Shown here: positions 12,664 through 25,326 of the stretch, piece after piece
Numbering within the stretch: position 1 is the stretch's first letter
How the letters are laid out: every line of letters starts with the position of its first letter
Assembly: GCA_051362555.1 (NCBI GenBank)
Contig: CM120640.1
Coordinates: 18,476,001 to 18,540,000, forward strand
Reading direction: 5' to 3'
Length of the DNA stretch: 64,000 nucleotides
From: Lingula anatina
Lineage: Eukaryota > Animalia > Brachiopoda
The notes under the pieces: model-generated
Seen by the model: the letters and a program-made list of their open reading frames with translations, nothing else
Told to the model about the DNA's origin: nothing
Database searches by the model: none
Translations under genes and position numbers: made by a program

Positions 12664-15600
12664 TTAAGACGTAGACGTCGATGGAGGTCGTGGTGCTATT
12701 TTGTAAATAAGTTTTTTCAACGTGCCTCCACTGGGGTCTGTTAATACCTTGTACTCATTTTCTTTGCGGTGCTGCCTGTCACTTTTGTTTGGTATACTTC
12801 TGTGGGACACCAACCTTGCTGTACTACATGTACTACTATCACTATATGCGCTATATTTTCGGCTTTGGCTGTCAACGAACGAAAACTCTGTTTCGGCTCC
12901 TGGCGAATTAGGCCATTCCTTCTGAAGGGAAAGAGGCGGAGTATTAGGACTAGACAAGCTTGTAGATTTTACACCCACCCCTTTGTTTTCCTGCTCCAGC
13001 CATTCTGGGCGTTTGTTCATCAGTCTAGAAGTGCTGTTCCCACTGCTGCTACTGGTGCTGTTTTCCCTGCACTCTATGATCTGGTTCTGGTTGGTACCCG
13101 AAGACATTCGGGAAGATTTCGATGTTCTACGAAATATAAACTGCCCTCGGGAGTTGTTGGAACATGTTGTCTGCTGGGGTCTTCTAGCTTTGAAGCAACA
13201 TCGGAGAAATTCACGCTTAAAATCGATCGAGAACATGCCTGGAAGAGAGAAAGTGAAGTCAAGTTCAACGTCTGGGCTACCAGAACGCGTCAGGCAGGCC
13301 GCAAACCCATTTCAGCACCATCTGTGCCATGGGTCTGACTTCTAGCAGAATCTAGCATTAGAGGCCAGACAGTCGCCTTGGTTGGTGGAAATGGGGGATA
13401 CCATGGATTGCAAGCGCCTTGGAGGACGACGTGCCCGTGCGGTACAGTTGATTCTTAAACCAACAGCCACATTTTCGCATCTCCCGCCGAAATGTCGTGG
13501 TGAACATTCCTGAAAGTAAATAAAGCCGGGTGGAAAAGCCAAATAAACTTCATGCCACAATAAAATCATGCACACTACAACAATTAAAGACCAAGTACAA
13601 AACGAACAACAAAGCAGGAGTCCTAATAAACAGCTTCATGAACTAGATCAGCAACAACATAATATCTAGTAAATTTAACAACACCTGCAAAGTACACTTT
13701 GGTAGGTCCTAATAGGTAAATTCGCTTCCTGCTGCTATTTAGTAAATTCAATTAATTGGACGCGAGGAGCTCCGCTTAGCATACTCAATCTCTCATGGTG
13801 TGCCGGTAAAGCTGTATCATTAAAGTATACCGGTCCATGTGAAAAGGGCCTGCATAGTCGCTGGAAGTTGGGTTCTTTTTTTTTTTTTAACGCACGTTTA
13901 CGGCTGGGATAAGGAAGACTACCTGAGGGTAGCATACTGTGCCTGTGATGCACCGTTTACTAAAAGAACTAAGCTATGACTACTAAACAAAATCGGGTAA
14001 GAAATACTGAAATCAACTCCCGAAGTGCAACCTTACTGTACTTCAACAACCTCCCCTCCACCTCCTCCCCCTCCCTCAAAAAAAAAGAAGAAGAATTTTA
14101 ATGTGGTCAATATTCCTAAATAAGACTGCTTGACAAATTGTGATCACATATATTTAATAAAATATTTTTAAAATTCAGGTACTAAACCCTGAAATACACG
14201 GATTGTAAATTGATCTAAGTTTGAATCTGTACATGGGTGATGGGTGGTGGGGGGGGGGGGGGGGAGGAAATGATCACCATCTCCCCTGGGGTTTTAAATT
14301 ACAACATCTCATTCTGCCACTCATTTGATTGTTAAGTTTTAAAAAACAGCAAACAGATGCTTGTTTTGAATGTCGCTGATTTCTAAAGATTTTAACTCCC
14401 ACATGTTCTTATTTTAAATTTGTCAACAATGTTGCAATATTTAATTCGACAAATATCATATTGATTTTTCATAGATAACACTTTGGCTCTGAGTCCAGCT
14501 TAACGTTATTAAATTCGTCCTGCAAAAATAGCTTTTTTGTCCAAAACTGTCAATATCGGTGTCACACTGTTCCAAATTTGACACCAGGTGGACACACGAT
14601 AAAGTCGGGTCGTCTTTAGCCATCGTAGGATTGTCATTGGAGTTTCTCAGGCTCCATCAGTAACTTCGTGAGGGTGGTGCCATACTGTCTCAAAATTGAT
14701 ATCAGACGGCAAGGTCCAAACCCAGATAAAGTCCGGCGCCTAGAGAAGGCCACGCGGTAGCACCCAAAACACACACGGGATGTAACATGCATATATATAT
14801 ATATGCATGAAGATATTATTTCTACAGTAGTTTACATCCACAGGAAAATACAAAGATCTCAAGAAGTAATTAGCCAATTCTCCTCTGTAAAGGTGTTCAA
14901 GACTAACTGAGAAAATTGCTCAGAGGTTGCTCTATTATACGCCCACGTCTCCATGGCACATGGGAAACGTTTGACCGACTTAAATTTGATTTGATTTGTT
15001 TTTGCCGACATCGCGGTACCATCTCGATGGCTTCGTACTAAAATACCATGGCTAGATGACGATATTGCAAGTATTTCACGTAGTTGTATTGTCTTCCTCA
15101 TACAATAGGCCAGCTTCGTACTATCTTCCTGAGCTGAAAAAGGCCTGATGGCACCAATGATCACACGAAGGAAAGACCAAGATGGCACGATTTGCGAGAT
15201 TCCCTCACGATGACTTTACGAAGGCTGTAATGGACACGCGAAGTCAACACGAATATAAAGTTAGCCTGAGAATTCCACCGGAGTTCATACAGGATACAAT
15301 GGCCCTAAAGAATGATCCCATCTTTTTACAATCAGTGCCGAATTTGATAATTTTCTTTTGTGGTAGAAAGCACTTATAAAATGGAAATGCAGCGATGTGC
15401 GGAACTCTGCGTACAATGTTTCCAATGTTTTAGCGTCTTAAAAACGTGTAAATCTGCCGCATTTCGAGATTGGGTTTCTTAGAATTCCATACACCTTTGA
15501 CAACATAGTCATCAGATTACATGTAACAATTATCAAGGGCAGAGATAATTTCAGGGAAAATCTTTCCTAGCCTTGCATATGATATTTATCGCTAAATTGT

Positions 15601-18600
15601 GACTATATCATATTATCACAAGCCCATTAACCTGTGGTTGCCTGTAACGTGACGATGATTTACCTAACATGAACCTGTTCTGTGAAGTTTAAGCTGCCAA
15701 AGGTCCCGTTGCACTCTGAGGGTTGAATTCTTTACTGTGTTTTTTTCACATGCCATCTTTATACCAAGTAATTACAATAACGCACAGCCAATAACGACAT
15801 TTATTTACTGGTGCAAGCGAGAGCAATGGTGGAAGAACACAAACGAGCAAAAAGTTCAAAATAGGATGTGTGACTAAACAGACAAAGTAGCAAACCGAAG
15901 AAAAGGAAATAAAGAGGAACAGAAAAAAGGCAGCTTAGAACTATTTTGTTCAAGTGTCAAAGTCTGATATATACCATCATAACGGTGTCGTGTTAATCCC
16001 GGTAGTCACAATAATGTCACAAGATATTACAAGTCTCACATTAAGCTATAGCAATCATGAAGGCATTACGTGGCATTGTCGAAACATCAAAACAATTCCA
16101 CAGCATAAACTTAAAGTATTGGTTAAAATGGGGAAACATATTTGACCTGTAGCTTCATGGAATCCTAGATTGGTTAAAATGAATCATGCAAAATAAAGCA
16201 TATTAATTGCTTTTCATAAGGAAATAAGAGGAAAGTCTTACCATATACGACCGGATTGATGCAAGAGTTTGACACAGCTAATAGAAACATCGCACGTTGT
16301 ATCTTTGAGTCGACCTTCTTTGCTGATTCACTGAAAGTAAAAAAAAATGTATATATATAGACATATTCATCACTTATGACAAGGTCAATCTAGTATGTTT
16401 GATTGCAATCTCCGTAAGTCTAATATTTGGACTTTCGAGCAGCGTTCCTGCGAGAGAAATTATTATCAGATAAGGTCGAAGATAGGCGTTATCCGACGAA
16501 CTTATTGATTATCCAGACAAAAAGAGCGTATTAGCAGGGCGTGTGTTTATTCTTTAAAATATAAGACAACAGTATAGCAAATATAAAGCAAATTTAAATA
16601 AATAAAATGCATTTGTTTATAACATTCAGTGTACATCTGCTTTTTGGCAGTGTTTGAGCTTTAAAGATTGGGACCCATAACAGAGCCAGACACGGGCACG
16701 TTGCAAGAACACGTTTGATCTCGTCGCGATGGACACTCACAGGTGTAGGACCAGAACAGAGCCTCTCGGAAACAATTTAGAGCCAAGGGACAGGGTTTGG
16801 TCCGAGGAGCAGAGTAGAGCCGTAACAGACGTACATGTATGCATTTTTATACTACTTACACAGACAAACTGAAAATGGACGGGTATTGAAAAGTGTAGGG
16901 ATAGGTGTATGGAGCGAGGAACAACAATATTAAATGGCATATAAAATGAATTTGAACAAATCATATTGATGAGGTTCAGAAATAAAATTAAATGAAATAT
17001 TGACAATGATCATCTAGGCACGTTTCGCACCAATTCGCAACGTTTTGAGTTTAAGACCAAAGGGTGAAGTTGCATTTCGCATTATGTTTAAACTGCAGAC
17101 CATAAACCAAGCCATCCTTTAAAAAGAACCTTTAACCTTTCACTTTTCTAGACTGAAAGGAACAGGTCTTACTATCAAGTTATAGCCACTTGACTCCATG
17201 TATAACACATGACAATGGGGACATGACCACCGGTACATTGTTTTTATATATACCAGTATTAGTTCTAAAGCAATTATTATGTCGCGCTCAATAAATGCAC
17301 AAATTATACTATATAGCCACATTGTGCTAAATAACATATATGACTTTGCTGTAAAAGAACTGTTATACATAGTCATAAAGTCTATAATCATTAAACATCT
17401 TTTATACCCCATTCAGATAGACACATCGTTCTAGTAGGGCCCATCCAATTTTTTTGGGAATTCTCGCAAAGTGCAATCAGTGGAATCAGCTTTATTGTCT
17501 GACAAGCTTCGTCAAGCAACTAGGGGTAATTAAGCCAACTGCACACTAAAGATAATCACTCCCTTCCGTGTCATTTATTAAAGCCTATTACAGGATACTG
17601 TAAGCGTTTGCCAAAAACTCCTTATTTACTGCTTCACATACATAGGTTGAGATAGGTTAAAATAAGCATAGATGGAAGTGATATCTGACAAACAGAAATG
17701 TTTCTCAGGATGTAAGTTGCAACAAATTGAGCCTTTTCATTGCATATCGATAAAATCATGTGAATGCAAAGTGTAAATACTTACCTATCAAACCAAAACC
17801 ACGCAGATATGACGTAGTAAGGAGTCCAGCATATCACGAAAAACAGTACTAGAAGAAGAATGAGAAAAAATTAAACATTTTTTGACATTTCAATATATAT
17901 TGATCTTCTGAAATATGGTAAATGAAGAAAGGAATTTTGTATGTTTAATTCAAAACTAAGTCTTCATATTTCAGGTTCACCAATATTTGTAAGCCATTCT
18001 AAGCCATCAAAACCGAAAGGTGTCATTGAATCAGACAAATCGATTTTCTCGCTTTCATACTCGTGTACAAAATAAAAAAATCTAGTTACTCGCCTCTAGC
18101 CAATTTGATCATCCTTTCACACACGAGCACACTTAACAATTTTAACAGTCAGAAATATCTGCTAGCTATTCATATTTCTAAAATTATTTTCCCCAAATCA
18201 TAATCTTAGCGTTGTGATTGATTACTAGTATATGTTTTTGATATACAATATCCTAAACATCCAAACATAACAATTTATAAAAACATCAAGACTTGAGTTC
18301 ACGCACCGAGGCATAAAATGGTAAGAGGCAGTAGTGTAAGAGCATTTATAAATACATTGCTTTGAATAAAAAAATAATAATAAAAAGTGAAAATCACATT
18401 AGGTATCTAGTAGGGTACATGTGAGTATCGAAAGTGCGATCAAAACCCATTTTACGATCAATTTCGCAGTAATAATATGCCTCCTTTGCCTTAAAGTTCA
18501 GTGCTTAATCAGGGGTGCTCTTACCCGAACCACAATAAGCCGCTATATAAAATGGAGTCAGTTAGTAAATAGCTGTTTAAATTATATAGGCCTAAGTATT

Positions 18601-21600
18601 AATGATCATATTTGATAGAAAATTTGTTGAATTGAATATTATTATTAATTATAACCTTGGAAGAATCTGGCAAAGACGAGCGCCGGTTCTGCTTAATGGT
18701 TATACTGGTACATTTATTTCGCAACACAGCATCACCTATATAGCGTCATAGATGAGCACATCTGCATCTGTATTTAAATCATACTTCACGAACTGTATGT
18801 TAAGTAAGATGTTTATCTTAACAATTCGATTTGAGCCGTGTGCACTCGCATTTTTTTGTGCGACAGGATGGCTTGTTGTAGTCAAGTATCTTGGCATGAA
18901 AATTCAATAACACAACTACGTGAAAATACTGCAAAACTATTCGAGTCCTTCTAACAAACATGTTGCAATTTAAAAGAAACACAGTGCTCTTCAATACACT
19001 CCAAAATGTTTGTGTTTCGTTTTCCACATTTTAACACGATGTTTTTTGTTTATGTTTCCCAGAAGACAGAGAGCGTGTTTAAAAGGTTTTAGTAGTTGTG
19101 ACGGAAACGCTTGATTTAATTACCTAGAAACCCTATTAACACTGAAATCATTCTGGATAAATGGGGAGGAGTTTGGAATAAATACGCACGCTCAGATATT
19201 ATTAAAAAGACTTTGTAAAACAATTGATCTTCTTAGACATATACAAAAAATGCCAATTGAGGAAAATGACGATGGTGCATCCAAGAACTAATCCGTGGAG
19301 GGACAGGAATAATGTTAATCTCAGCAGAGGGGGTGGTACTAATATTTTTTAAAGGTATATTAAAGTTATGACAAAATGTACACATTATATGGGGGCCTTA
19401 ATACAGACTTGACATTTAATATTTTTTTCCAAATCATAATTTATCAGTTTTTCCTATTTTGCTGACTTATAAATGAAAATAAGGATTAAAATCGTGTTTT
19501 AATAACTTTTTAAAATAATCTCTTTGATGTCATGGTGACATCAGTCCATTAATTGAATTCGCCAGTGAAGCAAACAAAAATGCATTGCCTATTCTAAGTC
19601 ATACGACAACCATTGAAAGCGATATTTTAGATCTCCATATTTTCCAAATTATCATCTTAAAAAAGTTACACACCCCACACAGGACCTTCATGTCAGTGTC
19701 TTATTACAGCAATGGTCGCTGTTACGCTTGACCTCATCTGACTGCTACCAGACCTTTCAAGCGACAAGGCATTCCTTGGGATAGGCTTTTAGAGTTTAAT
19801 CTGGAATAAAATTCCAGGCAACGGTCAAAACCTGTTCAATTTGGTTCAGTTTTGTTGTAGGACATGCAGGCCGTTGATTCGGCAAAAATGGCGATTTTGA
19901 TGACCCAGGTAGCTGCTCATTCCCTTGGTTCTGTAAGTTATCTGCGATTAAAAGTACTCTGTGTGAACCGGCAATCTCATCGTGCAACTTAAAATTTCCC
20001 GAAGGTGCCCCCTTTCAAATGATAGTCAAGTGGTTCCCAGATTATCCCTTTATTTAATCTGGTTAAGGTTTTCATTGATGACTACCATTGGTGTTTTGGC
20101 ACCAATGTGGTAACCACTCCAAATACTGACGCTGTTAATGACCTTTGTTACTTTAGAAGCATCACACGCTTCGTCGCAGGCCTCTTCAGGATGTCTGTAA
20201 ACTCTGTTTTGACCAGTTCAGCGGTACAGGTGAAATCTGACCTCAATAAAGAAAGCCACGCGGTTTCAGTGTTCTACCCAGAAACGGTCAGGGTCCCCAA
20301 TTCATCAGAGAAACAAACGGCGCTGTTTTGCTGTATACAGTAGCTTCCTCAGAGGTCGTCTGGTATCCTAACCTGCTGAAACCAGTTTGGTGATTGCTAA
20401 GAGCCTTGAAAAAACGCATTTTGGCCCTCATTCTAAACGGACTGGTTTTTTTTTTGTTTAGTTGCAGCAGCATATCCCGAAGGACAGTGAGTCTTGTGCC
20501 CTGGTGGTGAGATTTCGATACATTGGGCGTGACCTTTGCGGAGCTACATCAGTCTGGGCATTACTCTATAAAACTATGCGGACCGTTCCGTTTGGCGCAA
20601 TTATCTGTCTGGCAATGTCTTCTTTTTCGCGCCATTCTGCCACAGATTAACAAATTTGTAAAGCAGCACTACTTAGCTCATTTTGCGCACTGATACACCG
20701 ACCACTTACATGCAAAATTTCAAATTCTTCTATGCAGTAGTTGCCGACATATGGATACTTTTTTGACAAACCCTTGCTTTGCCAAACTCAAGCTTTGACC
20801 ACCCCAAAAGACCACTACCCAATTAAAACTTTGAATAATACACAATGCAGTAGTGCAACAGACATGATAGTTAGTTAGTTGGTAGCGACACACCTGACTT
20901 CACGCTTCTCCAGTCATATATCTTATATGAGATATGAGTTTTTTTTTAAATAACGCATTTTTACCAAGGTATACCTTTGAAACTGAAATATTCCATATTA
21001 AATGCCAAGTCTGTGTATGACATTATTACACACATTATTTACCTTAGCTCGGTTTATTACAGTAGAAACATCGCTCTCATATCAATTTAATATTTAAGTG
21101 TCTGAAAATATTTAATAATGCCGAAGAGCGACATGCCAAAATCACAAAATTATACAATAGTATTCGGAACAGTACGAAGAGGTAATAACTAAAGACCCCT
21201 ATGACGTTGATTTATTGGCCGCCATGGTTCCTGGGATGAGGAATTGTTTGTCTGTGTTTAAGTACGGTACACTGTAGGGTACACTGATGGGTTTATGTGA
21301 TGAGAAAAAATGACAAAGGTTGAAACATGTTTTTATACGACTTTTTTGTCGCCTTTGGCAAATATGAAGAGCTACATATATTGTAGTCTAACCGCCTTTT
21401 ATTTCCATGATATTGACCATAGGTATTTGAGATCATGCAAAGTATAAGGTCAAAAATAACACCAACAATCGTAACCCACGCGTGGTTTCATCAAGGGTCT
21501 AAATCATTTGTAAAGAAAACCTCAACAAATATAAGCTTTCAGCTGACCTCTACTTTGACATCACCGCGCTCAACGGTTGTCATTTCTGAGTAATTCATGT

Positions 21601-21658
21601 TTAAAAACCAAGTGTGAATATTAAAAATAAATGGTACTAATTCGTGTCCTTTATTTGT

Positions 21659-21701
<43 letters not shown>

Positions 21702-24700
21702 GAGAGAACACGCTGCAAATTTATTTACCAATATTTGTTTTCATTGATGGAACGTGCGATTATATTGTGGGTCTTACCAATCATGACAGTCATCTTTAGG
21801 GTCCTTATCCTTGCTCTTTCTATGTTCCCCACGCCTGATCGCCTTAAACAGCTGGTTCCTCTGGACGTCGTCTCGTTTATGCTAGTCGTCTCTTCTAAAA
21901 ACAAAATAGCAAAAAGCGGTTTTACAGGGTGGGTGGGTAGGTGATAATATATTTGTTTAGAGATAATATATTTGTTCGGAGATATCTTTTATAAAGCAGT
22001 GCTTTTGCGCCACAAATGCAATACGTTCTATTATCCCCTCTAGATGTTTTATAGGCCTGTGTGGTGCTTTATCTATTCTATATTCATATTGTTCAAAACC
22101 AAATTGATGTTCATGTACTTCCTGTGCTATCGACGTCAATGTTCTCTAACTTAATGAACAAGTGAATAATCAACCTTATAAAATATTTCGAACAAAAATT
22201 AGTTTCATGAAAATATACATGTACAAGTTAATATACAAGTGAAACAATGACGTACCGTACTGTAAGTGAAAATGACCCATTGTGATCCAAAATTATCCTC
22301 ACAGCAAAATGCTATAATCTACGTGTTTTTCATTATAAATCAAACCCTATTATCAAAGTTATCTAAGCTCCTATTTGTCATAGGTTTACATAGACCATTA
22401 TCTCCACAGTCGCTGTTTGTCCGAAATCATGCCTTCATTACCCGCCAGTGATCAAGTCAATTTGCGTTTGTTTTCCTTTATGGCCATTAAAATCATCCAA
22501 TTTATACACGAAACCGATCGGGGAGGCCTGAGCCGATGCGAAAAGCACATTGCTGTCACGAAGCAAATTTATATTCAGGAAACATATTGGAATATTTTCT
22601 CTTAGCATCTTACATACTGCACCATTGATGAGCACAAAGCAATAACCAAGTCAGTACACCGCGAGTATCTGCATTTTCTTCGCATAGTGATCCGTTTTGC
22701 TTCATGCGTTATATAGTTTGTTAGGACCGATGTTAGCTTTTAGTGTGGAACATGTGGAATGATAACAATATAATTTTGATGTTTTCTTTATTCATCTCTT
22801 GTATATCTGTCTATATTGTCATGAGATTAGGCGTTACATTTTATTACTTCCGTAATTTGCTGGTATGCATACTAAAATTCACAGGCACCATACCATGTTG
22901 ACTCAACATATCAAGTACGGTGTTAAGTCATTGTATTGGCAAAGCAATGTTTAAAAAAATCTTGCTAATGATACCAGACAAGTATTATTTCCTGTGTATG
23001 TCAGAGACTATTTTATGCGAAAATCTAAGGCGATAAGGCTTGAAAACTAAGATAAAATAATAACTGATGTCCCTGTAGTTTATGAGTAATTACCTAAAAG
23101 TAATTCTGTACCACCATTGAGATCAATCAATTAATGATAAATATAGATATGCATAATTTGCGTGTGATGCTAAGTTATTCCCATAAAGGCTTATATATAT
23201 ATCATCTAATGGATAATTCATAATATGGCTTTTCATGCCAATCTCGAAGGGTTAGCACACAGAAAGCAGATATTGGTGTCTACATATATATTTTTTATCT
23301 AGCCCGTTGATCTGAACTAACGTTCATTTTGTGACCATGCCAATTAAAAAAACAACATCTCAGTCATTAAAGCTTATAGTGGCAGATGTTACAATATCAG
23401 AACAAAACAACAGACAGACCCATTTCGCTGACACTTCATTTCTTTTAATTAGATTAGACATTAATCAGGCTTGGGACGAATAAAATATTTTTATCTAAGA
23501 TCAAGCATAATGAGGGAAAATGGTATAGCATAATTGGGTCTGAGAGTCAAAACCTACAATATTTAAAGTCATGCATGTGAATAAATGACATTATTATTTA
23601 TCATGATGAACACAACCTGAGAAGCAATGATCCAAACCCGAAAGCTAAAGATAGAATGCAGTTATTGGGGGTTTAAAGACGTGAATCTCAGTTTTTAATT
23701 ATGTCCCTTGGGCGATAACATGATATTCTAACTGCCATTAATTCGCCAGCAATATCTTGTCACTTTCAGTATCAGTGGGATTCATTCGTATGCATTTTAC
23801 TCCAAACAACGTCTAATTACGTTCCCACTGCGATATTTCACCTCTGTTTATTTTATTTGTATAATTTCCCTGGCACCCGGAAACATTTCCCAGAAGAGCT
23901 TGTATATAACTTATCTTAAAAGCAGCGAAAAACACAACCTTACCTCGACTTTGTTTGGTCTTTTTCGTAATCTCCCAAATGATAAAGGAGTAGGACATGG
24001 TAATCACTACCAATGGCATGGCATACACGGCAGTGAAGTTGAACAGATTATACGCCAGCTCATGGGCGTCCGAGGGAAAGAAATGGTACGTCACGCATTG
24101 TGTGTACCAAAAGTATTCTGGGTGATGTTCCAAGTGAAATATCACACTCTGCAAGAAAATGAGTTTTGAAAATTAGATTTAAAAAAAAATGGGTAACGGT
24201 ACGCTAAAAATAAAAAAAATCGAGTGCGTACTTTGAAGTTAGAATGAAGCATTTCTGAGACTTAATTCGTACAAGATTTTGTCAAAACCAACACTTTAAT
24301 GAACAAAATAAGTCTGTTTTCCTTCAACAAACTTAAATATGGTTTAGACTGCTATTGTTTGAAATTGTTATTTCGCATGACAAATACACCTCTGTTCGAA
24401 ATACGAAATAGAAGAAAAGACATGCAATTGCATTATATTCTCCTAGGGATTTTTCGTGTATGATACGGTTTAATGGGAATTTTTACAACTGGACCTTTGC
24501 ATATCAACAGATCCTTCTAAAATCAATATTTGGTTATTTCGGAATGCACGCGTCACGCGTCACACTTTAAACCAACACGAAATAAAACATGTTAAAAAAA
24601 GACATTCATAGCCATGTCACTATACACGTATATTCATGTTTTCACGATTACAACCCAAAGAGGGCACTCCCTCCATCAAAGCACGACTACCATAAATTTG

Positions 24701-25326
24701 AAAGAGGGCTGATGAAAACTTACCTGGGGTATACTGCACACCATGGCCAAACACCACGAAATCCCCAGCATTATCTTAGCTCTCTTGTCTGCGTCTTGCA
24801 TACTGAGAGGATGAATGATAGCGAAATACCGGTCGAGGCTTATCGCCACCAAAATAAATGAGGAAAGATAAAATCCAAAGGCACGGCAGAACGCCAACAG
24901 TCGACACGAGGCATCTCCCGCCAACCACTGCACAGTGCTGTGCCAGGAAATTTCAATCGGGATCATCACAAAGGTGACTTCCATGTCTGCAATGGCCAGG
25001 TGCATTATAAACATGTTCACTCGCGATCGGCGATGCCTGTTCCTGAATAATGTGATGAAAACCGTGAGGTTTCCAACGGCTGCCAAGAACATGAGACAGG
25101 CATAGGCTACAATGGAAATTAGGCTGTCCGAATTGAACATCAAATACAGAGGTAATTGTGCCACTTCAGACTGGTTCCCGTGGATAATGTTCCTCTGTGA
25201 ATCGTTGGGAATCGACACGGATTGTCCGAACCCATCTCCGTCAGTATATGACAAATTTGAGCCCGCTCCATTGTGTTTGGTCCACAGATCAACTGATATA
25301 ATGTTGTCTCCTATCTCTGTATCCAT
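12664..25326 (-). CDS. Rhodopsin-class neuropeptide GPCR, GnRH/adipokinetic hormone/ACP receptor type (550 aa)
   Basis: Coding exons 25326-24724, 24148-23944, 21894-21778, 17848-17785, 16330-16242, 13238-12664. All are GT-AG and phase-compatible, 1653 nt in total. Motifs: TM1 GN, TM2 [30 protein letters not shown]....TQCVT in ECL2, [29 protein letters not shown] after helix 8. RAFG.YLSS and HP..QCVT favour the AKH/GnRH branch over corazonin receptors. Confidence 0.95.
21657..21700. repeat. Compound (GT)n(GA)n microsatellite
   Basis: Directly visible. Confidence 0.95.

Noticed and set aside
12722-13345. Plus-strand ORFs of 189, 120 and 67 aa
   Set aside because: Antisense shadows of the GPCR last exon; no recognisable protein features.
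18818-19027. ORF ending in Cys-rich [16 protein letters not shown], reminiscent of a CXC motif
   Set aside because: Too short, non-ATG start, no flanking domain evidence; at most a decayed TE fragment.
19680-20900. GC-richer intronic stretch resembling a non-autonomous repeat
   Set aside because: I could not define ends, TSD or a second copy within the window.
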